A stretch of DNA of 53,592 bases from Anaerolineales bacterium. GTDB lineage: Bacteria; Chloroflexota; Anaerolineae; Anaerolineales; UBA11657. Numbering within the stretch: the stretch's first letter is position 1; every line of letters begins with the position of its first letter. The stretch covers positions 1 through 53,592 of the forward strand of contig DASCOB010000158.1 in NCBI GenBank assembly GCA_036011785.1, written 5' to 3'. Positions 44,446-53,592 of this stretch are shown piece by piece. The notes under the pieces are model-generated. The model worked only from the letters and a program-made list of their open reading frames with translations, was not told the DNA's origin and did no database searches. Made by a program: the position numbers and the translations under genes.

Positions 44446-46314
44446 ATGAAAAGCGAATTTACACTGGCTTTCAACGAAATCGCGGAACGCAGCCACCTCG
44501 ACCGCGAGACCATAGTCGAGGCTTTGGAGTTAGCGTTGGTGCAAGCGTACCGAAAGTCGGTCACCGCATCGGAGGCGCAGGAGATTTTGGCTCGGGTGGA
44601 CCCCGAAACCGGTCAGGTGTCCGTATTTGCTGAGAAAGAAGTGGTGGATGAGCCGCAGGATGACCGCACCGAGGTCGGTCTTCACGTGGCACGTGAGGTG
44701 GCGTCAGAGGCACAGTTGGGAGATCTGTTGACGGTGGATTCAACCCCGACCGGTTTCGGCCGCATCGCCGCGCAAACCGCCAAGCAGGTCATCTTGCAAA
44801 AACTCAAGGAAGCGGAGCGCGAGAGCCAGTATCTGGAATTTGTCGAACGCGAGGGAGACATCATACACGGCACGGTGCAGAGTTACGGCGCGCAGGGGGT
44901 CACCCTTTCGCTTGGGCGTGCCGAGGCGCAAATGCCGCGTAACCAGCAGATGCCCGGTGAGCGCTATCGCACCCATGAAAAGGTGCGTTTCTATGTGCTG
45001 GAGGTGCGAAAAACCTCGCGCGGTCCGCAGATAATCGTCTCGCGTACGCACCGTAATCTGTTGCGGCGTTTGCTGGAGATGGAAGTTCCGGAGATTTACA
45101 ACGGGGTAGTGGAAATCAAATCGATTGCGCGCGAGGCTGGCTACCGTTCCAAGGTGGCGGTGGCAGCGATGCAACAGGGCGTGGATCCGGTCGGCGCGTG
45201 CGTCGGCATGCGCGGTATGCGTATTCAGTCCATCGTGAAAGAATTGCACGGCGAGAAAATCGATGTGATTCAATGGAACCCGGATGTGGCCACATTTATT
45301 TCCAAGGCGCTCAGCCCGGCGCGGGTGGCTAGTGTGCATTTGGAAGACGCCTCCGTGGAGGGGCGCACGGCCACGGTCATCGTGCCCGACGACCAGCTCT
45401 CGCTCGCAATAGGGCGCGAGGGCCAGAACGCCCGCCTTGCAGCCAAGTTGACCGGCTGGCGCATCGATATCAAGAGCATGGCCGAGGCCGCGCGTGAGGC
45501 AGTGGAGCTGCTGCAGGATGATGAGCGTTATGCAGACCTTGCGCCACCGTTGCAGGCCGAAATGGAGCGAGCCGGAATCACGCTGACGAAAATGGCCGAA
45601 AACAGGCCGGTGATGCCGGAGGAATACACCACGCTGAACACGCTTGTGGATGTTGTCGAGCAGCGCCGCCTTGAAATGCAGGCCACCGAGCTTGCTGAAA
45701 GAAGAGCGACGCTGGAAGCGGTGCGGGCCAGCATCCCCGTGGCGGCTTACGCGTGTTCGTTGCGGGATGCCGAAGTGCTTACCGAGGGGCTGCGGACCAC
45801 CCTTGAGGAAGCCGATTACCAGAGCGTTGGTCAGGTTATGGAAGAACTTGCCATGGACCCCGACGCGATTCTGGCACTGCATGGCGTTGGCCCGAAAGTG
45901 TTGGAAAAGTTGTTGGGCACACTCACTGAATTGGCGGCCGTCTTGCCCGAACCTGCACCTGAGCCCGAACCGGAAACGGAAGCTGAAACGGTGGCTGTGG
46001 AAGAGGCGGCTGATGCTGAGGTGTCAGCGGCCGAGCTCAGTGCTGAAACCGAACTCGCAGGGGAGATAGAGGAGCCGGCGGAGGCCGAAGCGGGAATCGC
46101 CGAAGAACCTGCTGTTCGGCCGGTGGACGCGCCCGTTCCGGAAGATTGGCAGGAAGAGGAGCCGGACATTGACCAGCTGTTGAATTCGAAGCAGAAAAAG
46201 CAAAAGCGGCGTAAGAAGCGTACCGTTGTCTTTGATGATGAGCGCGGCGTGTTTGTTACCTCGCACGCGCACAAGCGCGATGCCGACCAGTTTGAATGGG
46301 ACGAGGAGTTATAG
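44446..46314 (+). CDS. nusA: Transcription termination/antitermination factor NusA with a long acidic then basic C-terminal extension
   Basis: 622 aa. N-terminal domain, S1 ([10 protein letters not shown]), KH1/KH2 ([56 protein letters not shown]), HhH-like region, then an [13 protein letters not shown]... tail and [11 protein letters not shown]. Confidence 0.9.
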   Translation: MKSEFTLAFNEIAERSHLDRETIVEALELALVQAYRKSVTASEAQEILARVDPETGQVSVFAEKEVVDEPQDDRTEVGLHVAREVASEAQLGDLLTVDSTPTGFGRIAAQTAKQVILQKLKEAERESQYLEFVEREGDIIHGTVQSYGAQGVTLSLGRAEAQMPRNQQMPGERYRTHEKVRFYVLEVRKTSRGPQIIVSRTHRNLLRRLLEMEVPEIYNGVVEIKSIAREAGYRSKVAVAAMQQGVDPVGACVGMRGMRIQSIVKELHGEKIDVIQWNPDVATFISKALSPARVASVHLEDASVEGRTATVIVPDDQLSLAIGREGQNARLAAKLTGWRIDIKSMAEAAREAVELLQDDERYADLAPPLQAEMERAGITLTKMAENRPVMPEEYTTLNTLVDVVEQRRLEMQATELAERRATLEAVRASIPVAAYACSLRDAEVLTEGLRTTLEEADYQSVGQVMEELAMDPDAILALHGVGPKVLEKLLGTLTELAAVLPEPAPEPEPETEAETVAVEEAADAEVSAAELSAETELAGEIEEPAEAEAGIAEEPAVRPVDAPVPEDWQEEEPDIDQLLNSKQKKQKRRKKRTVVFDDERGVFVTSHAHKRDADQFEWDEEL

Positions 46315-46324
46315 AGGTCCGGCG

Positions 46325-46648
46325 GTGAGCAAGAATAATAGCGTGAAAGGCCAAGTGCGGCAGAGACGAGTGTCGCTGCGCACCTGCATCGGCTGTCGTG
46401 AGACTGACTCGAAACGTGGCCTCATCCGCATTGTGCGCAGCCCAACTGGCGTGCAGGTTGATCTGACCGGAAAACAGGCCGGGCGCGGCGCTTACATGCA
46501 CGCGCAGCGCGCGTGCTGGGAGAGTGCTCTGCAGGGGCAGGAGGTCGCGCGGGCGCTGCGCATGGAAATAGGCCCGCAGGACCGGCAGCGGCTGCATGCT
46601 CATGCTGCCACGCTGCCCGACGCCGAGCGCAACAAGGTGAGCCAATGA
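46325..46648 (+). CDS. ylxR: YlxR/DUF448-family RNA-binding protein
   Basis: GTG at 46325. Contains RTCIGCRETDSKRGLIRIV....V.VDLTGKQAGRGAYMH, the YlxR signature. The stop overlaps the infB start (ATGA). Confidence 0.8.
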   Translation: MSKNNSVKGQVRQRRVSLRTCIGCRETDSKRGLIRIVRSPTGVQVDLTGKQAGRGAYMHAQRACWESALQGQEVARALRMEIGPQDRQRLHAHAATLPDAERNKVSQ

Positions 46649-48432
46649 GCGAGCAGAACGACGCCCCGTTAGCGGTCCCGGTCCCTGAAGTTGTCACAGT
46701 ACGAGACCTGGCTATCCTGATTGACGCCAGCCCGATAGCCATCATCAAACAGTTGATGGCCAATGGCGTGATTGCCAATATCAATCAACAGATTGATTAT
46801 GATGCCGCCGCAATCGTCGCTGAAGAGATGGGCTGCACGGTGGAGCCAGCCAAGGTGGAAGAGGCCGCCGACGAAGAGGTGTCCAGCGAGGCGCCCGCTT
46901 GGCGCAGGTTGATCGAAGCGGAGGCCGCCGGTGATCTGGAAAACAGACCGCCTGTGGTCGCAATTCTGGGACATGTGGACCATGGCAAGACATCCCTGTT
47001 GGACGTCGTTCGCCGCACGGAAGTGGCTGAGGGTGAGGCTGGAGGTATCACGCAGCACATTGGCGCTTATCAGATTGAGCGAGACGGGCGCAAGATCACC
47101 TTTCTTGACACCCCAGGTCATGAGGCCTTCACGGCCATGCGCGCCCGCGGCGCTCAGACCACCGATATCGTCGTGCTCGTAGTTGCCGCCGACGACGGCG
47201 TAATGCCGCAGACGCGTGAGGCTGTCGCCCACGCTCAGGCCGCGGGAGTGCCAATACTGGTGGCGCTGAACAAAATGGATCGTGAAAACGCCAACGCCGA
47301 GCGCGTCAAGCAGCAGCTTGCCGATAACGGGCTGACGCCGGATGACTGGGAGGGCGACACGATGGTGGTGCCAGTCTCTGCCAAGCAGGCGATCGGCATT
47401 GATGATTTGCTGGAAGCCATCCTGCTCGTCACGGACGAGACCGCGATTAAGGCAAACCCGCGTGCCCCCGGCGCGGGCACGGTGATTGAGGCGCAGATTG
47501 ACCGCTCCCGCGGGGTGGTAGCCACACTGCTGGTGCAAAATGGCGCCCTCGCCAAGGGCGACGTGATTGTGGCCGGGCCTGCCTGGGGGCGCATCCGCGC
47601 CATGTTCGACCACGATGGGGGTTCCATTAATAGCGCGCTGCCCTCTTCTCCTGTTGAGGTGATGGGACTGGACACTGTGCCCAGCGCGGGCGACATGTTT
47701 GCCACCGTCAAGAGCGTGCGTCAGGCACGGGCGCAGGTGGATGAGTTCCGTGCTGCGCAAAAGGCCTCCGCGCGGCGGGCGGACGCGGTCGATTTGCAGA
47801 ACATCTTCGCTCAGTTCGAGGCCGGTAGCGCGCAGGAGCTGAACATGGTCGTCAAGGCGGATGTGCAAGGCTCGCTCGAGCCGATTGTCTCTTCCCTCGA
47901 GCGGCTCGGTGACGAGGGGTTGAAAGTGCGCCTGTTGCACGCCGAAACCGGCAACATCAGCGAGAACGACGTGCTGCTGGCGGCCGCCTCGCGCGCCATC
48001 GTCATCGGCTTCAACGTGAAACCAGATGTGGCTGCGCGCAATCTGGCCAGCACCGAGGGTGTCTCCATTCGCCAGTACCAGGTGATTTACCGGCTGGTGG
48101 AGGACGTGGAAAAAGCGCTCAAAGGGCTGCTGGAACCGGAATCGCGCGAGGTGGTGCTCGGTGAGGCTGATGTGCGCGCCGTGTTCAAGATATCGAAAGT
48201 AGGCCGCATTGCTGGTTGCTATATGCGCGAGGGAGAATTCCGCCGCAAGGCGCATGCGCGCGTTTTGCGCGGGGACGAGGTGCTCCACGATGGTGCGGTT
48301 GCCTCGTTGAAACACGAGAAGGACGACGTCAATCAGGTGCGCAAAGGCTTCGAGTGCGGCATTGGCCTGAAGGGATATCAGGATTTTGAAGTCGGGGATG
48401 CGCTGCAATGTTACGTGGTGGAGAAGGGTTAG
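46645..48432 (+). CDS. infB: Translation initiation factor IF-2 (short form, about 595 aa)
   Basis: Start at ATG 46645 (MSEQNDAPL...VTVRDLA). G-domain motifs are [24 protein letters not shown] and NKMD. The C-terminal domains are conserved. Confidence 0.9.
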   Translation: MSEQNDAPLAVPVPEVVTVRDLAILIDASPIAIIKQLMANGVIANINQQIDYDAAAIVAEEMGCTVEPAKVEEAADEEVSSEAPAWRRLIEAEAAGDLENRPPVVAILGHVDHGKTSLLDVVRRTEVAEGEAGGITQHIGAYQIERDGRKITFLDTPGHEAFTAMRARGAQTTDIVVLVVAADDGVMPQTREAVAHAQAAGVPILVALNKMDRENANAERVKQQLADNGLTPDDWEGDTMVVPVSAKQAIGIDDLLEAILLVTDETAIKANPRAPGAGTVIEAQIDRSRGVVATLLVQNGALAKGDVIVAGPAWGRIRAMFDHDGGSINSALPSSPVEVMGLDTVPSAGDMFATVKSVRQARAQVDEFRAAQKASARRADAVDLQNIFAQFEAGSAQELNMVVKADVQGSLEPIVSSLERLGDEGLKVRLLHAETGNISENDVLLAAASRAIVIGFNVKPDVAARNLASTEGVSIRQYQVIYRLVEDVEKALKGLLEPESREVVLGEADVRAVFKISKVGRIAGCYMREGEFRRKAHARVLRGDEVLHDGAVASLKHEKDDVNQVRKGFECGIGLKGYQDFEVGDALQCYVVEKG

Positions 48433-48436
48433 CCGG

Positions 48437-48829
48437 GTGGCGCGAACACGTGGCATCGGGCGCAAACGTGTCGCCGAGCGGTTGCAGGCAGCAATTGCGG
48501 ATTTGATTCGTACCGGCATGGGGGATTCCCGACTGGAACTTGTCACCGTGACGGATGCGCGCGTCGATCGCGAGTTGGAACTGGCGAACATATGGGTGTG
48601 CGCTCCTGCGCTGAAAGAGGATCGCCGCGAGCAGGTGCTGGCGGCCCTCACCGGTGCGCGCGGTTTCATCCGCCGCGAACTGGCCGCGCGTTTGCGCATG
48701 CGCCGCATGCCGAGGCTGGAGTTCCACTGGGATTTCACACCCGACCACGCCGTACAAATCGAGAAGTTAATTGATGGTGTCGCTGCACCGAACGAGAGTC
48801 TCGATGAAGGCGGAACTGCGCAAGGCTAG
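48437..48829 (+). CDS. rbfA: Ribosome-binding factor A
   Basis: GTG at 48437. Contains RVAERLQAAIADLI....DSRLELVTVTDARVDRELELANIWV and LRMRRMPRLEFHWD. Confidence 0.8.
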   Translation: MARTRGIGRKRVAERLQAAIADLIRTGMGDSRLELVTVTDARVDRELELANIWVCAPALKEDRREQVLAALTGARGFIRRELAARLRMRRMPRLEFHWDFTPDHAVQIEKLIDGVAAPNESLDEGGTAQG

Positions 48830-49784
48830 GGATTGGCTGCACGCAGCGGAGCACATCTGCGTGCTGAGCCATACTAGCCCGGACGGGGACGCTGTCGGGT
48901 CGGTGCTCGGACTGATGTGGGCGCTGCGCGCAGCCGGCAAGCGCGTCTCTCCAGCCTTACCCGATAAAGTGCCCTCGACTTTCACATTTCTGCCTGGCAG
49001 CGCCGAAGTGGCGCAGCAAGTGCCCGCTGACGCTGATCTGCTTGTGGCGCTGGACACCGCAGATCTTGAGCGCGCGGGCTCGTTGAGCCGGGATTTGGCC
49101 CGGCCAATTGACATTAACATCGACCATCACATCAGCAATAGCGGTTTTGGGCGCATTAATCTTGTGGCAAGTAACACCACCGCCACTGCAGAATATCTGG
49201 TGGGTTTGCTGCAGGCGTTCGGTCTCGCGCTGGACGGCCAGGTGGCTAATTGCCTGCTCACCGGGCTAGTTACTGATTCGCTCGGCTTTCGCACCAATAG
49301 CACCGGGTCGGCGACGCTTGCGACGGCGCGGAAGCTGCTGCAGTACGGTGGGAAACTGCACGAAATCTACGAGCGCACGCTCCACCGGCGCTCCTTTGAA
49401 GCCGTAAAATTGTGGGGCCAGGCGCTCGGCGTGGCGCGCTGCGAGGATGGTCTTGCGTGGACGCAGGTCACACTGGCCGGCAAAGCGGAAATCGGGTACA
49501 CGGCTATTGGCGACGCTGACGTGATCTCGCAGTTGACCGCAATCGAGGGCGCAGAAGTGGCAGTGGTTTTTGTGGAGCGACCCGATGCGGAGGTCAAGAT
49601 TAGCTGGCGCTCGGTGAGCGGTCTGGATGTAGCTGCGATCGCGCAGCATTTCGGCGGCGGAGGACATCAGGCGGCCGCGGGCGCCAACATACACGGAGCC
49701 ACGCTGGTGCAGGCCGAGCGGGATGTGCTGAAGCGCACGCGGGCGGCATTACGGCATCATCGGCAGAATGGCTCGCGGCAATAG
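48804..49784 (+). CDS. nrnA: DHH/DHHA1-family phosphoesterase (NrnA-like oligoribonuclease / pAp phosphatase)
   Basis: Contains HTSPDGDAVGS, DHH (IDHHISN) and GGGHQAAAG (DHHA1 motif). It is in the usual position after rbfA. Confidence 0.75.
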   Translation: MKAELRKARDWLHAAEHICVLSHTSPDGDAVGSVLGLMWALRAAGKRVSPALPDKVPSTFTFLPGSAEVAQQVPADADLLVALDTADLERAGSLSRDLARPIDINIDHHISNSGFGRINLVASNTTATAEYLVGLLQAFGLALDGQVANCLLTGLVTDSLGFRTNSTGSATLATARKLLQYGGKLHEIYERTLHRRSFEAVKLWGQALGVARCEDGLAWTQVTLAGKAEIGYTAIGDADVISQLTAIEGAEVAVVFVERPDAEVKISWRSVSGLDVAAIAQHFGGGGHQAAAGANIHGATLVQAERDVLKRTRAALRHHRQNGSRQ

Positions 49785-49815
49785 CAGCGCGCTTCGGCGC
49801 GGGCCAAACACCTAT

Positions 49816-50697
49816 ATGAACGGATGGCTGCTGGTTGATAAACCGGGCGGCATTAGTTCGCACGATGTTGTCCAGAATGCGCGCCGCTGGCTGCGCCAGC
49901 GCCAGGTCGGCCATACCGGCACGCTGGATCCGCTTGCGACTGGGCTGCTGGTGCTATGTATCGGCGCCGCAACTAGGTTGAGCGAATATCTGCTAGGGGC
50001 ATCGAAAGCATACCGCGCAGTGGTGCGCCTGGGTGAGAGCACGAACAGCTACGACGCGGACGGTGAAATTACTGCCGCGCGCCCGGTGAACGTTGATGCG
50101 GCGAGGTTGACCGCCGCGCTGCGCCAGTTCCGCGGGGAGATTGAGCAGGTTCCCCCGGCGTTCTCGGCAATAAAAAGTTCCGGACAGCGCGCGTACAAAC
50201 TGGCGCGAGAGGGGAAGCCAGCACAGCTTATGGCGCGCCGCGTGCACATTGAACAAATCTCTGTGATTGATTTCGATGCACCGGATGTTACTTTTGAACT
50301 GGCATGTTCGGCGGGTACGTATGTGCGTTCGCTGGCGCACGACCTTGGTGAGAAGCTGGGCTGCGGGGCGCACCTCGCGGCGCTGCGGCGCACCGCGGTC
50401 GGGCCGTTTTCGCTGCGGCAGGCGCACACCCTGGCGGAACTTGCAGCGGCATTCCACTCCGGACGGGGCGAGCGCCACGTGTTGCCTCCCGGAGCGCCGC
50501 TTAGCGACTGGCCTGAGATTCGGCTGCGGGACAAGGACGTGCGCAGTCTGCAACACGGCAAAGCGGTCACAGTCGCCGGGAGCATACCCTCTCGCCTTGG
50601 GCTCGCCTATGATTCGTGCGGCGAATTGGTTGCAGTAGTCGAGGGACAGCCCGCCGCCGGGCAATGGCAGCCCAGAAAGGTGCTGACTCTGGCATGA
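49816..50697 (+). CDS. truB: tRNA pseudouridine(55) synthase TruB
   Basis: Contains GWLLVDKPGGISSHDVV, GHTGTLDPLATGLLVLCIG and PPAFSAIK. Confidence 0.9.
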   Translation: MNGWLLVDKPGGISSHDVVQNARRWLRQRQVGHTGTLDPLATGLLVLCIGAATRLSEYLLGASKAYRAVVRLGESTNSYDADGEITAARPVNVDAARLTAALRQFRGEIEQVPPAFSAIKSSGQRAYKLAREGKPAQLMARRVHIEQISVIDFDAPDVTFELACSAGTYVRSLAHDLGEKLGCGAHLAALRRTAVGPFSLRQAHTLAELAAAFHSGRGERHVLPPGAPLSDWPEIRLRDKDVRSLQHGKAVTVAGSIPSRLGLAYDSCGELVAVVEGQPAAGQWQPRKVLTLA

Positions 50698-51659
50698 CCC
50701 ACGTGCGTTCGCTGGCGGATGCAAAACCCGCCGCACCGACTTTGCTCACCATTGGCTCGTTTGACGGGGTGCACTGCGGTCATCAAGCTTTGGTGACCGA
50801 CATGGTAAGCGCGGCTCGTAGCCGAGACTGGCAGGCAGTCGTGCTAACATTTTTCCCACACCCTTCGGTGGTGCTGCGCGGACGCCGTCCGGCCTTCTAT
50901 ATCCATCGGCCGGAGGAGAAGGCAGCGGCGCTGGGGGCTCTTGGGGTTGACTGGGTGGTCACGCTGCCTTTCGATGAGCGCCGCGCGCAGACCACCGCGG
51001 CAGATTTCACCCGCCAGCTGCGCTGCGCACTGGACTTCCGCCAACTCCGGTGCGGCGGCGATTTCGCCTTCGGGCGCGGGCGTGAGGGTGATGTGGCCTG
51101 GCTGCGCGAACATTCACCTGACTACCGGTTTGAGCTGCGCGTGGTCGCGCCGGTGCAGCGGCAGGGTGGGGTGGTCTCCAGCAGCCGCGTGCGCGCTTAC
51201 ATTCGTGCCGGTGACGTGGCCGCGGCGGCGGGCTGCCTCGGGCGTCCGCTGCGCGTCCCCGGCACCGTGGAGCCTGGCGTGGGGCGCGGTCGCTCTATCG
51301 GCGTGCCCACCGCAAACCTGACTGTGTGGTCGGAGCGGGCGTGCCCGGCCTCCGGGGTGTACGCGGCGTTGGCGTGGCTGGAAGATGAGAGCCATGCCGC
51401 GGTGGTGAACGTTGGCGTGCGCCCGACTTTTGAAGACGGGAGTCGTGGCGTCACCATCGAGGCGCACTTGCTTGACTTCAATGGCGACCTTTACGGCCGA
51501 CGCTTGGCGTTGGATTTCATTAAGCGGCTGCGCGCCGAGCGTAAATTCGAGCACACGCACGCTCTTGGTGCGCAAATAAAGGCGGATGTGACCGCGGCGC
51601 GAACGCTGCTAGCCGAGCCGGAGAACCGATGGCACCCAATCGAGAAATCTACCTGCTGA
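50694..51659 (+). CDS. ribF: Bifunctional riboflavin kinase / FMN adenylyltransferase
   Basis: Contains TIGSFDGVHCGHQAL, VSSSRVR, GRGRSIGVPTANL and a C-terminal RLRAERKF. ATGA overlap with truB. Confidence 0.85.
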   Translation: MTHVRSLADAKPAAPTLLTIGSFDGVHCGHQALVTDMVSAARSRDWQAVVLTFFPHPSVVLRGRRPAFYIHRPEEKAAALGALGVDWVVTLPFDERRAQTTAADFTRQLRCALDFRQLRCGGDFAFGRGREGDVAWLREHSPDYRFELRVVAPVQRQGGVVSSSRVRAYIRAGDVAAAAGCLGRPLRVPGTVEPGVGRGRSIGVPTANLTVWSERACPASGVYAALAWLEDESHAAVVNVGVRPTFEDGSRGVTIEAHLLDFNGDLYGRRLALDFIKRLRAERKFEHTHALGAQIKADVTAARTLLAEPENRWHPIEKSTC

Positions 51660-53044
51660 GTCCGCGCGATTTAGGCCCGGAGACAATCGCGGTGGCTTTC
51701 GCGAAAACCTCGCGCAGCCCGCTCTCTTTCCGTGAAATCGCCGCTGAACTGAGCGCCGAAACATCGGCAGAGTTCCATGAAAAATGGGTGGTTGGCTACG
51801 GGCATGCCTCGGTGGCCGAACACGCTGTTTTGCACATCGCGTTCGAGAACGTCTCACGGCTGGCCATCGAGTGCATCGAATCAAACCGGCTTGCTTCCTA
51901 CACCGAAAAATCCACGCGCTATCAGATGTGGGAACCGGAAGACTACTACCTGCCGGCAGAATTGGCTCAGTCGATTCACGTAGAACGCTACCGAAAGACA
52001 TGTGCACGGCTCTTCACGGCCTATCGGAGCGCGCTGCCGCCGTTGCGGGCACTGGTGGAAGGGCGCTTTTCGCAGCGCGAGGACGAGAGCCAGGCGCGCT
52101 GGCAGGGGCGCATTCGCTCCAAATATGTGGACGTGGCCCGCTACCTGTTACCCGCGGCGGCGCTGGCAAATGTGGGCATGACCGCCAACGCGCGCGCGTT
52201 CGAGCACGCCCTTCGCAAGATGCTTTCACACCCTTTGCAGGAAGTGCGCGAAATCGGCGTGGAGGTGAAAGCGGTGGCATTGCGCGAGATACCTACCTTG
52301 GTGAAATATGCGGAGCCGGTGGAATACATGCAGAAAACGCGAGTGGCGCTACAGGCATTGAGCGAGGTGAACACGCCGCATCGCGCGGGCGACTGGCTGG
52401 AGATGGCGGATTATGACGTAGCGGGAGAGAAAAAATTTCTGGCTGCCTGTCTATACGCTGGCAGCGGCATGCCGTTTTCACAGGCGCTTCGAGTGGCCCG
52501 TGACCTGACGTCCGCCGAGCGCGAGCAAGCGGCGTGCGCCGCGCTGGGCGAACTCGGCCGCTTTGACATCCCGCTGCGCGAACTGGAGTACGTTGGCTAT
52601 ACCTTCGACGCAGTCATGGATCAGGGCGCGTACTTCGAAGTCAAGCGCCACCGCATGATGACGCAGACGCCACAGCGCCTGACGGCCACGCTAGGCTATG
52701 TCGTGCCGCGCATGTTTGCGGATGCCGGGCTGTTGGATGAGTACCGCGCTGCTATGGATATGGCCGCCGACAACCACACTACCATCGCCGCTGATTTTCC
52801 CGAACAGGCTGCATATCTGGTTCCGAACGGTTTCAGGCGCAGCTTGCTGATGAGCATGAATCTACGCGAGGCTTTTCATTTTTGTGAGCTGCGCAGCGCA
52901 GCGAACGCCCATTTTTCTGTGCGCATTCTGGCCGGGCGCATGCATGAAATGATCTGCGCGGTGCACCCGCTCATCGGCGCGATGATGCGCTGGGAAGGGC
53001 GCGAGGACTGGCGCAACATCGAGCGCGAGCATTTCCTCAGCTGA
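51629..53044 (+). CDS. thyX: FAD-dependent thymidylate synthase ThyX, long two-lobed form
   Basis: 471 aa. The N-terminal half has AFAKTSRSP, GHASVAEHAVLHIAFENVSR and a degenerate SNRLASYTEKSTRY. The C-terminal half has KRHRMMTQ and ELRSAANAH. Confidence 0.7.
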   Translation: MAPNREIYLLSPRDLGPETIAVAFAKTSRSPLSFREIAAELSAETSAEFHEKWVVGYGHASVAEHAVLHIAFENVSRLAIECIESNRLASYTEKSTRYQMWEPEDYYLPAELAQSIHVERYRKTCARLFTAYRSALPPLRALVEGRFSQREDESQARWQGRIRSKYVDVARYLLPAAALANVGMTANARAFEHALRKMLSHPLQEVREIGVEVKAVALREIPTLVKYAEPVEYMQKTRVALQALSEVNTPHRAGDWLEMADYDVAGEKKFLAACLYAGSGMPFSQALRVARDLTSAEREQAACAALGELGRFDIPLRELEYVGYTFDAVMDQGAYFEVKRHRMMTQTPQRLTATLGYVVPRMFADAGLLDEYRAAMDMAADNHTTIAADFPEQAAYLVPNGFRRSLLMSMNLREAFHFCELRSAANAHFSVRILAGRMHEMICAVHPLIGAMMRWEGREDWRNIEREHFLS

Positions 53045-53222
53045 GGCCGCTGCGCGTGTTTGTTCGACTACGCCGTACGAGAGTGGCAGTGCGGCCGCTT
53101 TTACGACGGTAATTTCAACCTCCCGCAGCGCCCATGAAAGCGTGTCCGCATCGTTGGTGTGGATAATGAAAAGCACTTCGCCCACGCGCGTGGGAGCGCT
53201 CACTCTGCGGTGCATCACGATG

Positions 53223-53414
53223 TCAGCTGATTGATCGATGGGATCGCCCTAGCGGGCGCGCCCGACCAATGTGGATTGTCTCCATTCGCGCCAGAAATCC
53301 ATCATCCTCAACTTCCACTGATTGCGTCAATGTTGCCGCTGGCAGTTTTTTGGGCTCGTCCATGTAAGCCACTTCAGTGCTCGGCGCGGCCGCCAGCGCG
53401 CGGAACTTTGCCAA
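53223..53414 (-). CDS. Hypothetical small ORF (63 aa), possibly the front part of a frameshifted gene
   Basis: It is the only sizeable ORF in the 440-bp gap after thyX. An adjacent out-of-frame ORF (52862..53218) continues in the same direction. I recognise no family. Confidence 0.2.
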   Translation of the reverse strand: MAKFRALAAAPSTEVAYMDEPKKLPAATLTQSVEVEDDGFLARMETIHIGRARPLGRSHRSIS

Positions 53415-53487
53415 TGCGCTGCCGTCGGTGGGAATCTAAAAGGGGATATAATAGCAGCATGCGCTCTGACCGTATGTGGAGAAACCT

Positions 53488-53592
53488 GTGACCGAGATTG
53501 ACTACCTTTTGACCGGCGCAACTGTCGTCACCGCTAACGAGAACTGGGAGGTCTTCAGCCCCGGCGCGGTTGCAGTGAGCGGCGACAGTATC
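53488..53592 (+). CDS. Amidohydrolase (MtaD / chlorohydrolase-like), N-terminal fragment running off the right edge of the window
   Basis: My translation from GTG 53488 (RBS GGAGAA) gives VTEIDYLLTGATVVTANENWEVFSPGAVAVSGDSI. This is the typical N-terminal beta-sandwich start of the amidohydrolase family. Confidence 0.55.
   Translation, partial: MTEIDYLLTGATVVTANENWEVFSPGAVAVSGDSI

Noticed and set aside
44740-45882. 380-aa minus-strand ORF opposite nusA
   Set aside because: It is a shadow ORF antisense to NusA, with no motifs.
46669-48738. 689-aa minus-strand ORF opposite infB
   Set aside because: It is antisense to an unmistakable IF-2. It has no recognisable motifs and Arg/His-rich composition, so it is a GC-driven shadow ORF.
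52862-53218. 118-aa minus-strand ORF overlapping the 3' end of thyX
   Set aside because: It would overlap thyX by about 180 nt and has no start context. I mention it only as a possible frameshift partner of 53223..53414.
1-53592. CRISPR arrays, tRNA, rRNA and tmRNA genes
   Set aside because: I scanned the intergenic regions by eye and saw no regularly spaced repeats and no cloverleaf-like tRNA sequences. A tRNAscan or cmscan run would be needed to be certain.

Overview
This is a 53.6 kb, high-GC (>60% by eye) bacterial chromosomal segment with about 50 genes. Gene content loosely resembles Chloroflexota or Actinomycetota-like lineages, but that placement is tentative.

Gene order, left to right:
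- a truncated cysteine synthase with a long structured leader
- a cell-wall amidase
- a coenzyme F420 cluster: amidohydrolase, Fno/NpdG, CofE, a PPOX-class enzyme, a free-standing FbiB-C-like nitroreductase, CofD, CofC and an LLM oxidoreductase
- a decayed mosaic locus (about 7.99-11.3 kb) holding a low-GC two-gene islet
- methyltransferase / YbjQ / small membrane protein
- M23 peptidase, endonuclease-IV-like protein, FAD oxidoreductase and MetY
- a glycoside-hydrolase-like gene
- an iron module: DtxR-FeoA fusion and a split FeoB
- YjbQ and a P1B-type metal ATPase
- ABC1 kinase, DsbA, a membrane HdrD-like Fe-S protein and a GT39 glycosyltransferase
- YfcH-like protein, ALDH7-type dehydrogenase, a very long HlyD-like lipoprotein, an MBL hydrolase and FabG
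- Asp23-NusB-TatA/B-TatC
- a DprE2/DprE1-like pair
- the conserved nusA-ylxR-infB-rbfA-nrnA-truB-ribF block, then a long ThyX

The main anomaly is the islet at about 8.3-10.64 kb. It is compositionally foreign and carries a B12-binding radical SAM gene plus an 85-aa Cys/His small ORF, apparently under its own consensus promoter. It is bracketed by about 255-bp diverged direct repeats made from the 3' ends of the host LLM and kbl genes, and it sits among tdh, kbl and metY remnants.

I saw no rRNA, tRNA, CRISPR array, transposase or integrase. All functional calls come from reading motifs in the translations; no database search was possible.
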